Positions 1 to 12,880 of a DNA stretch of 64,000 nt are shown one piece after another (positions within the stretch are counted from its first letter, which is position 1; each line of letters opens with the position of its first letter). Below the pieces are notes generated by a model. That model was given only the letters and a program-made list of their open reading frames with translations. It was not told where the DNA came from and did not search any database. The translations under genes were made by a program, and so were the position numbers. The DNA is from Octopus vulgaris (Eukaryota): the NCBI GenBank assembly GCA_951406725.2, contig OX597828.1:5332001-5396000 (forward strand). Reading direction: 5' to 3'.

Positions 1-708
1 ACCTTACTCGTGGAATATATTGTTAAGACTAACTAAATACATTATTTGTAATGACTATTTTAGTAGGAATTATTAATCTGTTCTTCAAAAGTCTACATCG
101 TTGTTACTCTCATCTCTCTAAAGTAGAGTATATTGACACCGCTTCCGGATTTTCTAATACCAAAGAAAGCCTTCATCAATTCCGAAGCCATTTGTCCCTC
201 CCAACTGATCACCAACGCAGCTGTTCCAGAAAGGGAACGAAACTTTGGAAAATCTAATTCATTACTACACAGGTATTTCAGTTCTCGCGCGCGACAATGA
301 CGAAAAGAGAAGTTATCAGTTTTGCATCGGGGTCTGAATTCAGACTTGAAGGAGCCGGAACAAATACCAAAAGGGCATTTATTCGAATATTTTACTACTG
401 TTCCAATTCGCCGCCTCGACCGCTTGCTATGCACGGAAAATTTGAGCATCAATTTTATACGTTATATTGTTGGATCTGTATTTAATTAGATCTTTTACAA
501 GTCATTTACAATTCAGTGGCGCCAATTTTATGTGAAGACATATTGAAAGCTGATACAAATTTAAAATACTTAAATGTCGGAAACGCTTAATACTTAAATA
601 CTTCTCTTTTAGTTAAATGGCTCACCTAATATTCACCAAGATATTTTTAGGCAGTGTTAGTTGGTGTACATACATAAAAACATACATACGTACATATACA
701 TATATGTA

Positions 709-756
<48 letters not shown>

Positions 757-773
757 TATATATATATACATGT

Positions 774-828
<55 letters not shown>

Positions 829-1306
829 CATTTATACACACATTTATACACACGTAAACACACACACACACATATATTTATGCTTACTGAAACACACATA
901 TGCATACATGTATATCTATATTAGCGCGCAGACGCACACACATACACTCACACACACTTTTATCTGTGTGATTCTCATAAGCACACAAATATATGGTATG
1001 TTAACATACTCCATTTATAATTTATATTATTGAGGTGAGTAGTGTTGTTTAAGTAATATGTATTGATTATTTGTATGGAATATGTTAAATAGATTACTAT
1101 ATTATATGCTGTGTAGTTTTGTGGGTGGATCCCGGGAATCTGCATTCATTCAAGGAACCGGGATTGAATTTTTTTTTGTGTAGGACGTAAACCTGTTGCT
1201 AATTGAATAAATGAACGGTGAGTAGTTGGAGAAGGAAATATGAAGAGTTCCCTTTAAGCCCAAATGTTCTGGCTCCAGATGATGCTAATATATAGGGATC
1301 ATTAGT

Positions 1307-1520
1307 GCGGTGAGATGGCAGAATCGCTAGCACGCTGGGAAAATGCTTAGCGGCATTTCGTCTGTATTTACGTTCTGAGTTCAAATTCTGCTGAAGCCAA
1401 CGTTGACTTTCATCGATTTGGAAGTCGATAAAAAAAGCACCAGTTAAGCAGCTGGGTCGATGGTAATCAACTTTACTCCTCCCACGAAACTTTTGGCTTA
1501 TTACTAAAATTTGAAATCGA
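1307..1520 (+). mobile_element. tRNA-derived SINE, family A (Meta-domain-like core), diverged copy
   Basis: Head gcggtgagatggcagaatcgctagc (A box) ... gagttcaaattc (B box); core ctttcatcgatttggaagtcgataaaaaaagcaccagtt matches the other family A copies in the window. Confidence 0.75.
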
Positions 1521-1879
1521 TATATATGGATGATTTTCATGCTGAATACTTCGATATAGTTCAGTTGTGATTCATTTATGGTGCCACCTACTCCTTGAAA
1601 TCTACGTTTGAATGTGATATTGCTGAGCTAAACTAACCGCGTAAAAAATAAATTGAAAATCACGTGCAATTAGGATGTTTAGTAATTTGCTCATTCGATG
1701 CAAATTATTGAAACAAATTTCCATTTACTTCCACTAAATTGAAATAGCTAAGAAAACTGCAAAGGTTAATAATTTAGCTGCATAGAATAAACACTTTCAA
1801 GGGAAATGCCTTCTGGTACATAAGAGAGGGTGCCGACAGTGCTGACAGGCTTAGTTGGAGTCCCATCTTCTGAGATCTT

Positions 1880-1990
1880 TGACAGGGCTTAGAAAAACTG
1901 GAGGATCACTGCTATAAGTGATCATTGCTTTAGCTGATCCTCCTGTATATTCTTTCACCCAAAGTCAGTAAATTCTCAGCAACCCTCGTA
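1880..1990 (+). mobile_element. mariner 3' end remnant
   Basis: KLEDHCYKC-like C-terminal remnant followed by a mariner-type terminus ...ctcagcaaccctcgTA. Confidence 0.45.
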
Positions 1991-2257
1991 TTTTAATTAA
2001 TCAAACATACATTTGTTTTCGTAGGGCTACTCAGTTCACACCTGGCATAAGTACTGCAGCCGTGCGCTAAGCTATTATTCCTAGGATTGTGTTTCTCTTC
2101 AGGAATAACCATTAAGAATAATCATCTGTAAAAAGAGTTAACTTAAATTTGTTGTCTTAGTATCACAGTTACTGTTATCCACAACACAGCTCATTTTTCT
2201 TTGTCATAAGCCCAGGCGTGATTCTGTCGTACGAAGTTTGCTTTCCATATATATGCA

Positions 2258-2990
2258 TATCTCTTATTATAAAAGGCAGATTTTATCTGCCTCCCTTTGG
2301 GAGTTATAGAAATCTACAATATAGGATTTCTTCAATTACAATTTACCTAGCATTTTTAAGAGTAGAATGCATCGGGTCATGCCAGGTCCAGTTTTTAAAA
2401 TTTAAACTCCAATTAAGCAAAATTTACAGAAAACTCACATTCTGGTGTGTATGTCAAATGCTTTTCTTAGTCTGGTTTACAGCACACGCAAACGCACACA
2501 CACAGTGTGCAACGAATAAAATGAAAGTAAATAGCGACAGAGTGATTTGAGGAAGACTAAACTGAAAGTATTTAAACCACTACTCAAAAAATAAAAAAAA
2601 CACAGCAAACAGAAACAAATAAATACATAACGATTTACTCCTCACACAATTTCTTCAATTAGAGTGTACCCATGATTTTTCAGAGTACTTCAGTGGGTGA
2701 TGCCATAAAAAATTTCTTTCAATTTTACCACCAATTAAGACAAAATTCGAGAAAACTCAATATTTTAACATATCACCCCGAAAGCATTGATGTACATGTG
2801 TGCGTGCGTGAGTGTGTGTGTGTCATTCCTCACACACACGCATACACATACATATACAACTACATACAATTACATACACATACAACTACATACAAACACG
2901 TGTGTGTTTGTTATTAGTAAAAAAGGCGCCAAAACACAACTCACTTATCATTCCAACACATTTGCAAAGACACACGGACGGACAGAAAAG
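2258..2990 (+). mobile_element. probable non-autonomous Helitron-like element (5' end recognised, 3' end unclear)
   Basis: Starts a|tctcttattataaaa followed by the subterminal hairpin ggcagat-ttt-atctgcc. Confidence 0.35.
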
Positions 2991-3150
2991 GTAAATTGGT
3001 TTTTTATTTTACTCTGTATATATTTTATTATATAATATTATATATAGATATATGTATATATAATTGCAGTATGAAACAGTGTTTATGTATAAACAGACGA
3101 CACTTATATATAGTTATTATAATAAGAGATTAATAAATGTATGCATCCGT

Positions 3151-3400
3151 TTAACCCTTTCGTTACCAAGCCGCCCGAATTTACCTATTCATATTTAAAT
3201 GAGAATATCAGAGCAAATCTCTTTAGTACATTCGTGAATACACGTATTATACTTCGTAAACACTTCAACTACAGTTTTGTACAAAAATCGAAGTGTAATT
3301 TTAATTCCGTGAATTATGGGAAATTTGTTCCTATTGTGTTTTCAAAATTTGTAATTCTGACAAAAAATGGATACGAATTTCATTATATCAAGCAGCGAGT
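3151..3400 (+). mobile_element. piggyBac-like MITE end fragment
   Basis: TTAA target followed by CCCTTTCGTTACC terminus; opposite end decayed. Confidence 0.4.
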
Positions 3401-3466
3401 CAGAATTCGAAGGATTTTCTACTGAAGACCTTCATAAATCTAACTCTATGACTGAAAAAAAAAGCA

Positions 3467-3756
3467 TCTTTATATAAGAGTGAAGTTGTGTGTCTGTCTC
3501 CTACGATTTAGATTCCTAACTACTCCCACATTTTGCGGTGCAGTTTAACCAAAAGCGGGTATCTTATAGTCGTGATTCATATCGAGCCCTTCTGGGTATT
3601 AGCGTGCGTCTACGATGAGTCTACGATTTTAAAAAAATTTACCATCATATTTTTCCATTTTAATGCATTTTTTCGCTTTTATATAAGGGAAGTAACTCTC
3701 TAAAAATGCTTATATAGTTATTTCCCTTACAACCCGAGCAACGTCGGGCGATACTG

Positions 3757-3759
<3 letters not shown>
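3467..3759 (+). mobile_element. non-autonomous Helitron
   Basis: 5' a|TCtttatataagagtgaagttgtgtgtctgtc; 3' hairpin cccga-gcaacg-tcggg followed by tactgCTAt (decayed CTAG) running into (TA)n. Confidence 0.6.
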
Positions 3760-3793
<34 letters not shown>

Positions 3794-3893
3794 ATATATG
3801 GCCGAAACCTATCAAGTATCAAAGTATATATGTATGTATGTATATACATATATACATGTACATACATACACACAATACACACACAAACATACA

Positions 3894-3976
<83 letters not shown>

Positions 3977-4234
3977 CAGGCACACCTTTTCAGTAAGATA
4001 TAATACCTGCTGATTTTCCGAAATGTAATGAAAGCGCTAAATAATTATCCATAATTCTGACTCGCTCCCTTGTTCTTGGAGGTATGGGGTTATGCCGAAG
4101 AGTTCATAGCTATGAAATCTTGCATGCGTCTATTTTAACTCGTATCAAGGACTGCATTGTTTCTTTCCAGCTAAGCTGATATCTGATTGTTCAAAGACGA
4201 CTTTATATATAACTAATAGTTATGTCTTTTGGAA

Positions 4235-5220
4235 ATGGAACAAAATTTGGTATCGTGGTGTTATAAAAGTATCCGCAGAAAAAAGACTGGAGCCCCGAAA
4301 TACATTTATGCTGACATAGCTGCTATGAAGGGATAGTGTTGAAGATCACTGGTGTTCTGGACATCTTGCAGCTGCAACCACCGATGGAAACATCGATTGT
4401 ATTCAACGCATCGTGATAAATGACGTGTGATTAACTATAAATCAAATAGTCAATTGATAGCTTATCCTGTGAGGAAGTTCAGAATAGTCTGATCTATGAA
4501 CTTGGCACGACAAAGTTCTCCTCAGTCGATGCCACGTTTTCTAACACCTCATCAAAAGCGATCACATCACAGGAAAATCTAACATTGTTTTTGGCAGATG
4601 CAGCTGGTTTCTTTGTACATTTTCTAACCAAGTAAGAGAGCTGGATTCACCACTTTGCGCCAGAGACAAATCCATGCAGTGGAAACACCAGCTCCAAAGA
4701 AGGCTATAGTCGCTTTATCTACAAAGGTAATGACTTTGGTTTGTTTGGGATGCAAAAAGCTTTGTCTTTATTGGCTCACCCCATCAAAAGTCCACTCCAT
4801 CAGGAGAGAGTAGTATGCAGATTTTCTTAGGCAGTTACGAAAGGCTATCAAAACCAACACCCAGAAAATCAGACGGAAGTCGTCTTTTTTTTATTAAGAA
4901 AATACTCCACCCCAACCGTGCGTGACTGTGGCCTTGAATGGGTTGATCGCCTTCCCTATTCTGTTCCACGAACGACAAGGAAAATAATTTAGCTGGGAGC
5001 CAGTATCGCAGTCATGATAGCGCCATTTCTGCTGTTGATGTTGATGACTTGCTTTGCGCAACAAGGTGAAAGCTTCTTCACCAATATAATCAAAACACTG
5101 CAAGACCGGTGGAAGAAATGTGTGAACTGCAAAGGTGACTATGTAGAAATATGCACGTCATTCTGTCACTTTTCATGAGAGTATCTTGGTCACATATGAA
5201 GTTTTTAGCGGATTTTCTTA
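4235..5220 (+). mobile_element. decayed mariner transposase (pseudogene)
   Basis: Frameshifted remnants WYRGVIK, WIHHFAPET-SMQWKH, FWDAK, LRKAIKT, RWKKCVNCKGDYVE; many stops and indels. Confidence 0.85.
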
Positions 5221-6079
5221 ATTCTCTACAAGAGAAATTGACCGACTGATTCGTACATTACAAGTCCAATCTGGGAGTGGAACAGTAAAAATATCCAAGA
5301 CTTTTCCCAATTTCCAAATGTGAATTTCTCTGTGTTAACTACATCCCAAACATGGAGCCTTGCACATTTGCTGGAGACGGCTCCCTCCTAGTGGAATATT
5401 TATAATAATTAAAATCTAGAAGAGACATGACATACAAGCACATATTTATCTCTCTCACACTGTCATCCGGCACATTTTCATTGTTCTACTGAATTTGCAA
5501 TCGCAGTTCTTGCTAGAGTAAATCTTTCTTCTACAGCTTCCTTATCCAGGCGACGGATGTAAGAGATGTTTTTTATTGATGAATCTCCCAAATTTCTTCC
5601 GTTTAGGTGTGTGACACCGTCTCTTGTAATCCTGTTAGATGAGAATATTCTACACCAAGGTAGGAATGGAGAGATTGACACAATTGTTAGGGAGAAGGAA
5701 CGGAGAAGAAATCGAAGGCAGTGAGAAAGATATAACTAAAAAATTGTCAAAATGCGTATACATTATCAGAAGAAACAATAATACATTATCATTATGGATT
5801 AACATGCTAACTACGGCCGACACAAATTTCATTGAATATAAGCAGACGCAATCGGACATAGTATGAGGTTTTCATGCGTATATGGACTATACGTATAGAA
5901 CATGTATTTGTAAAAATATTACAACTAATTTGCACTAATTTCTTTCTCTGATACATACTCTTTCTAGATATGTATTTTTATCTTTTGAAAGTAAAGCGTA
6001 TTTCAAATAAATACAAACATACGTATATACATACCTACATGCATACTTACACACATGCAAACACACACAGAGACATATG

Positions 6080-6180
<101 letters not shown>

Positions 6181-7745
6181 ATGTATATATATGTATGTAC
6201 ATAGATGTATGTGTGTATATATATGTATGTATATACATATATAGTTAACAGAAGAATATTGTCTATGTTAAACATATAATTATGTTTTCGATTTTATGTG
6301 CGTAAAATATATGTATAGCAGTTAAGTAATTTTCATGTTACCTATTCCTCGTGCGTGTTAGCCAACAACTTAAGGTATATCATTAAATAGGGAAAATGTA
6401 TAAAATATAATCTTTTTTCTGAAAATATAATAACTAACATAACCAATTGTAGGATAACTGCTAATAGTTTCGAAAATATTTTGTCCGAAAATACCCACCA
6501 CATACATTTTATGCATTACTATAGAACTGTAGCCAACTTACATATTATAAATAATTGACGGTTACAATTTCTCTTAGTACTAATATAGCAGACTACTATT
6601 CTAAATTATATTTTGGAAAGATGCCTTTTTTTTTGTCTAGAAGTTTGAGTGACCCAAATGTAAAGTATTCAAATACTTCTAAATAGGAGTCTATATAGCT
6701 GTCTAATAACAAAAAAATTGTTTTATAAACAATATATGTGGCTGAATCAGACGTACATGAATACCATGTGTAATTCTATAAAATGCTGGAATATTTATTG
6801 TAAATTCCATGCAAACATTCAAATGAAAATATATAGATCAGTCATATGATATGTATTGAATGATTGTTAAATATATTGTTTGGCTCTATAAAGTGTCAGC
6901 ATCAGTTATTTTGATAAATTAGGAATCTAATTTCTGATTATCAATGAATAATTTTTTAAAAAAAAGCGAAAGAAGACAAGAAAATTGATTGTTTTTCTTC
7001 CATATAAAAACGAAACTGTCTTGTTTACAGTTTGAAACATTTCAGAAAAAAAAAAAAAAAAAGAGCAATGAAATTGTAAACACAGTATTAGCTTGTACGT
7101 GTTTGAAGCATTTGTTAAACGGCCATCTTAAGAAGCTCTTCATTGACAGCATGGAGCAGCCTGCTACCAATGGCACAGAATGCAGCTATTTAGATTGAAA
7201 CTTGTTTATCTCTGTGTTCTTTTAGAGCGACTGCTTACATAGAAATAACTTTGTCTGACATGCGTGATATATTGGTTTCGTGTTTGAGTTTCAAATATTC
7301 TAAAACTCAATATGAATCCTTCGAGATTGTATTCATTATTTTGATATGGATGTCTAGTCTGCATTACATGCATCATACATTTCTACATAGAAATTAATAA
7401 AAACAGATCGTTTTAGCAGCCTGGATGAATTTAAAACGATACGTTTAATATTTTCGTTTCTATATCTCTAGGTGATTCAATAATTTACACTGCGGTGAGC
7501 GTGCGTTTCAAATTCAAATAGTAAGTTACTCATACCTGTTAAGATTTTGAAAATTGCTTAGTAAAAGTTTGGGTGTATTATTATTTGCTAGTATTCATAC
7601 AAGTGAGCTCAATTAAAAATATTAATTGATCATGTCAGTATCAGTGGTTAGGAATAGCCATTTAAATTTCATGTATTCCCAAAAAGCTTACATGAATAAG
7701 TATAACAGTTACATAAATCTGTAAACTTGTGTGAGTATTTATACA

Positions 7746-7788
<43 letters not shown>

Positions 7789-7902
7789 CGCATACATATA
7801 TATGTATGTATATACATATCTATCTATCAATTTCTCTCTGTCTCTCTCTCTCTGTCTCTCTGTCTCTTTCTCTGTCTCTCTCTCTCTATATATATATATA
7901 TA

Positions 7903-8166
7903 TGTTTGTTCCTTCTCGAGCCACGCCTGGCTCATAGGGCCGGTTTCCCGGTTTCCTTGGCGTATAGGTTTCCCACCAGGACAGGACACCGGTCCGTCAC
8001 ATGTGAGTTGCACGATGCAGGAGGAAAGAGTGGGAGAAAGTTGTGGCGAAAGAGTAAGCAGAAGTTCCCCATTGCATTCTTCCAGACACATCGCTCGGTC
8101 TGAGATTTGAACCCGCGATCCCTCGACCGCTAGTCTGCTGCTCTAACCACTAGGCCATGTTCCTTC
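7903..8166 (-). mobile_element. tRNA-derived SINE, family C (V-SINE-like 3' part)
   Basis: Minus strand tggcctagtggttagagc (A box) ... gggttcaaatc (B box); tail gacggaccggtgtcctgtcctggtggg...gaaaccgg...tatgagcc. Confidence 0.75.
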
Positions 8167-8177
8167 ACACACGCGTG

Positions 8178-8208
<31 letters not shown>

Positions 8209-8222
8209 ACACACACAAACAC

Positions 8223-8265
<43 letters not shown>

Positions 8266-8539
8266 AATGTATACATATATGTATGTAGGCCTGTTTGTTT
8301 TAGCACGTAGCGTAGGAAAATTTACTTGTAGCATACATTCAATTCAGTCTACTTACTGAGTCGATAAATGATTTACGAACGGGTTTTCCTTTCCCTGAAC
8401 AGCTCTTATTCTCACTCATATTTCCATATGTCTCTCTCTTCCTTTCGCAAAAATTAGTGTTGCTGTCAGATGAAGAAAATTAAGCGATCCATGAGTTATT
8501 AGAATACTCATGATACAGATTCAACAAACAATATATATA

Positions 8540-8950
8540 GGCGCAGGAGTGGCTGTGTGGTAAGTAGCTTGTTTACCAACCACATAGTTTCGGGTTCAGT
8601 CCCACTGCGTGGCACCTTGGGTAAGTGTCTTCTACTATAGCCTCGGGCCGACCAAAGCCTTGTGAGTGGATTTGGTAGACGGAAACTGAAAGAAGCCCGT
8701 CGTATATATGTATATATATATATATGCGTGTGTATGTTTGTGTGTCTATTTGTCTCCCTAGCATTGCTTGACAACCGATACTGGTGTGTTTATGTCCCCG
8801 TTACTTAGCGGTTCGGCAAAAGAGATCGATAGAATAAGTACTGGGCTTACAAAAGAATAAGTCCCGGGGTCGAGTTGCTCGACTAAAGGCGGTGCTCCAG
8901 CATGGCCGCAGTCAAATGACTGAAACAAGTAAAAGAGTAAAAAAGAGTAA
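8540..8950 (+). mobile_element. tRNA-derived SINE, family B, full length
   Basis: ggcgcaggagtggctgtgtggtaag (A box) ... gggttcagtccc (B box), accttgggtaagtgtcttc, internal TA/TG microsatellite, tail gactgaaacaagtaaaagagtaa; many copies in window. Confidence 0.85.
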
Positions 8951-9315
8951 AAGAGAGTATAACTTGAGACCAAATACACACACAGACACACACGCACACA
9001 TACTCACACACACACACACACACGTACGCACATATATTGGCTAAATTGTGTGTTTCGCTGTGCTTGAGTGACTGAATGTGAGTGTGCACGATAAAATATA
9101 GAAATGGAAAACTCTCTATTAATAAAAGGGTTACCTGCAGTTTCATAAAAATACAAGAAACATTCTAGGGGTCACATTTTAAGATTTAAGTAGTGGTTGC
9201 TAATTTTAAGTTTCCGGTAGATGGATTTCCCATCTTTCCAGCTGTAAGAGTGCATACTCATATTTCTTAAGGACATTTCTTACACCGAGAAATCCGCGTG
9301 ATATTTCTGTAAAGG

Positions 9316-9887
9316 CCACAAGGGGCTAAACAAGGACAGACAAAGGGATTAAGCTGATTACATCGACCCCAGTGCGTAACTGGTACTTAATTTATCGACC
9401 CCGAAAGAATTCAAGGCAAAGTCGACCTCGGCGGAATTTGCATTCAGAATGTAACGGCGGACGAAATACCTATTTCTTTACTAATCACAAAGAGGCTAAA
9501 CACAGAGAGGACAAACAAGGACAGAGAGACGGATTAAGTCGATTATATTGACCCCAGTGCGTAACTGGTACTTATTTAATCGACCCCGAAAGGATGAAAG
9601 GTAAAGTCGACCTCAGCGGAATTTGAACTTAGAACCTAAAGACGGACGAAATACATATTTCTTTACTAACCACAAAGAGGCTAAACTCAGAGAGGACAAA
9701 GAAGGAGAGACAGACGGATTAAATCGATTATATCGACCACAGTGCGTAACTGGTACTTATTTAATCGACCCCGAAAGGATGAAAGGCAAAGTCGACCTCG
9801 GCGGAATTTGAACTCAGAACGTAGCGGCAGACGAAATTCGGCTAAGCATTTCGTCCGGCGTGCTAACGTTTCTGCCAGCTTACCGCC
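9316..9887 (-). mobile_element. head-to-tail trimer of family A SINE
   Basis: Units at about 9316-9470, 9471-9653 and 9654-9887; only the last has the complete head. Confidence 0.85.
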
Positions 9888-10776
9888 TAAAAGCATCTTT
9901 GTGCTGCACAAAGCTTCACAGTGCATATTGTCTTATAACGTGAATCTTGGATCTTTATCGCCTGGAACGAACATAAATGTATTGAATGTTACAAGTGAGG
10001 ACTTCATAATATTGCAACACACAGCCATAACCGTTCGCTTCTGAGTCTGCGCAGAGCTCCGTTTGGTAGAAATCAGCATATTATTGAATACATTATGGTC
10101 AATCTGGATAAATTTCAAATATATTCTCATGAAATGAGAGATATTTGAAGTCAGCCAGATTTCTAGGTTCTCCCTTGGAAGGCACGACTAACGCGGTAAC
10201 TTTCTTAAGAGTAAAGAATACCTTTGTATTGTACTGAAATTGCCATAAGTGTCAAACACGAGAACGATCAATTGCTGCCTGTTCAATGATTCCGATATTT
10301 CCGAGTGCAGTTTTCAAATGTCATTCTTTATGTTTCACACTTGAATCTCCAGAAGCACGCAATATCTTAATGGGAAGCATGGATGGATAACAATCCTACT
10401 TTTCTTTCGCCTTCAATATAGTTATAAACGATTGGATTAAATACGAATATACGTTATTAGTGCGCTGAAAAAAAAACTAGCAAAGCTGAAAAGCTCTTGA
10501 ACGATATTAGACTAAAGCCACAATTCAACACTATTATATCAGAAAAGGTTCTCCGTGAGCTCTTTATCACAATACCCTTCGTATCATGAATGCTGGAGTA
10601 TTTCGAAAGATTAGGAAATCCAGATAGTGATGACAATCTATATATATATATATATCAGCAAAATTTAGATTCAAATGAATATGGTACTTAAGTTAGATGC
10701 ACCAATGTTTAATAAAATAATGTAGCGTTAAACGATCGTACCAAATTACCGAAGATATTCTTGTTGCTTATGTTGA

Positions 10777-10823
<47 letters not shown>

Positions 10824-12535
10824 GATGCATTTAATACTTTCAGTGTTCGTAAATGGATAACTGGAAAGGACGGATTAAGAGATAAGATAGCTACTATTCT
10901 TAAGCTTGCAACAAAATAAAGAAAAAAAACAATATTTTGGAAGGAACAATATTCCACCAAACATCTTCATTCTGTTCAAAAGGTTGGTAAAACGACTAAA
11001 ACACAGCATATGTCAGTTTGTTAAAATCGTCACCATTTAAAATAAAAGAGAGTATCTGATTACTCTAATAGTATGAGCAGTTTACTGAAATCAATTGATG
11101 GACCTTTGCTGTGTAGGTATTAGTCAAAAGATTGGATGAATCAGCATCATAATATGCTACACATGAGTTGCAGTGCGGCCTCAAACAGGAAGACGCATTG
11201 AACATAATCGATTTGACGCGGAACCAGATTTCGCTGGCAGATTGTCGTAAATAGCACAACGACGTAAACGCTTTGTGTGTATATGATCTTTACCAGAATA
11301 TTTTCATTAAGAGATATATACATAATGTACGAAGCTTTGTATCATTAAGACTCAATGCAGAAAATTTAGGATTGCGACTGTATTACAAGTATCCCAGTAA
11401 ACTACAGACGCTTTAAGAGTTAATTATGTACATGTGATTTCTAGTGAGCGATTTTCCTCTTCAACATACATGTATACTGGCTCTGATTTCGCAAGATGAA
11501 TATTGTTTAAAATATTTCAGTTTACAAAAATAGTTTCAATATCTTGTCGAGATCACTGCCTATCATTCATCTACATTGGAAAATCATGAGCATCACAAAA
11601 TCCCATTTCCAATAAATGTATCTGGATTGCGTGCCTAGCGGAACTAAAGTAATATTTGCAATGATTTAATAATATTTAATATAACCACAATCAAAATATT
11701 AATTCTATTTTGTGCGAATGTTATACAACTATTGATACAAACTAATCAATTTGCTTCTTAATGTCAATATTTTCAGGAATTTACGTCTTAATTTATTCTG
11801 TCTCAAGATATATAGCAATAAATCCTAGAATTATATTTGCTTTTAAGCTAATGGATTTCCCAACCTTGTTTATTCACATGTGTAACTGTCCAACGCATAT
11901 TAAACATCAATATATGCGTAGGTATTTGGCAACAAGTGTGTACATCCACAATTCAGTTAATTAAGTCATTCCTAGGAGTCCATGTGTACGTTATATTGAA
12001 TACATATAAACCGAAAACATTCCATGTAGTATTTGTTTAGATATTTTAATATTATTGAGCATGCTACAGTATGAGCAGGCACATTGACTGACACAATAGA
12101 AATATAACATTTAGAAGACAGAACAACAAATAACATTTTACAAAAACTATCATCATTTACCTTACTTTGCTATGGAATAATAAACATGCTGAGAATCTAG
12201 ACATTCAGCTTCCCCATTCACTATTTCAAGTTTCTGCTAATTAGATATATTATAAATCTGCTGAAAAAAATATTACAAACATGAAGGAACACAATTATAA
12301 ATATATAATTCTAAATAATGTTTATCTGATTAGTAATAAACGTTTATTATTTTCTGAATTCTCAACCGTATCAAATTGATGATTTAGAGTCGTTTGTACT
12401 TATTTCGCATATTTCGACATGTTGCTTTGCATAAACAAATTGGTTGAATGGCTAAGTAACAATTCTGCCAACTGAATGGCCTACTATCGTGGGTTTTCCA
12501 TCAACTTTCGGCTCTCTCTCTCTCTCTCTCTCTCT

Positions 12536-12665
<130 letters not shown>

Positions 12666-12675
12666 GTATATGTAT

Positions 12676-12880
12676 GTGACCGCGTGTGTACCGCTGGCGA
12701 TTTTTTCTCCGTCTTCCCTTCTGTGGATCTTTCCTTTTCCTATGTTTCCGACGAAGAGCTCCGCTCGAAACGTTAAACCCTCCTTCTTTCCTTCTTTCCT
12801 GAGCGTCCAATAATACTATACTTGTTCCACGTCCTCGCGTTGTTGTGTTTTCTCTTTGTGTTTTCATGTTTGGATTAGCT
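12676..12880 (+). mobile_element. ~200-bp Penelope-pLTR-like module with mini-hammerhead, in (TA)n
   Basis: Near-identical reverse copies at 40251 and 60756; contains gttt-CCGACGA-a-gagc/tcc/gctc-GAAAC-GTT-aaac. Confidence 0.7.
12744..12778 (+). ncRNA. minimal type-I hammerhead ribozyme, U4C core variant
   Basis: Stem I gttt/aaac, core CCGACGA, stem II gagc/gctc, GAAA, palindromic ACGT stem III. Confidence 0.55.

Noticed and set aside
617-1033. ORFs rich in YI/IY, HT, CV and poly-I/L/Y here and throughout the window
   Set aside because: Translations of (TA)n, (CA)n, (AAT)n, (CTT)n and similar microsatellites; no coding signal
9316-9887. Regularly spaced repeats resembling a CRISPR array or tRNA cluster
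   Set aside because: Whole ~180-bp units repeat without unique spacers; eukaryotic SINE multimer; heads do not form full cloverleaves
9623-10044. Recurrent ORFs such as MRNWYLFNRPRKDERQ (also at 51582 and 57397)
   Set aside because: Chance frames through family A SINE copies
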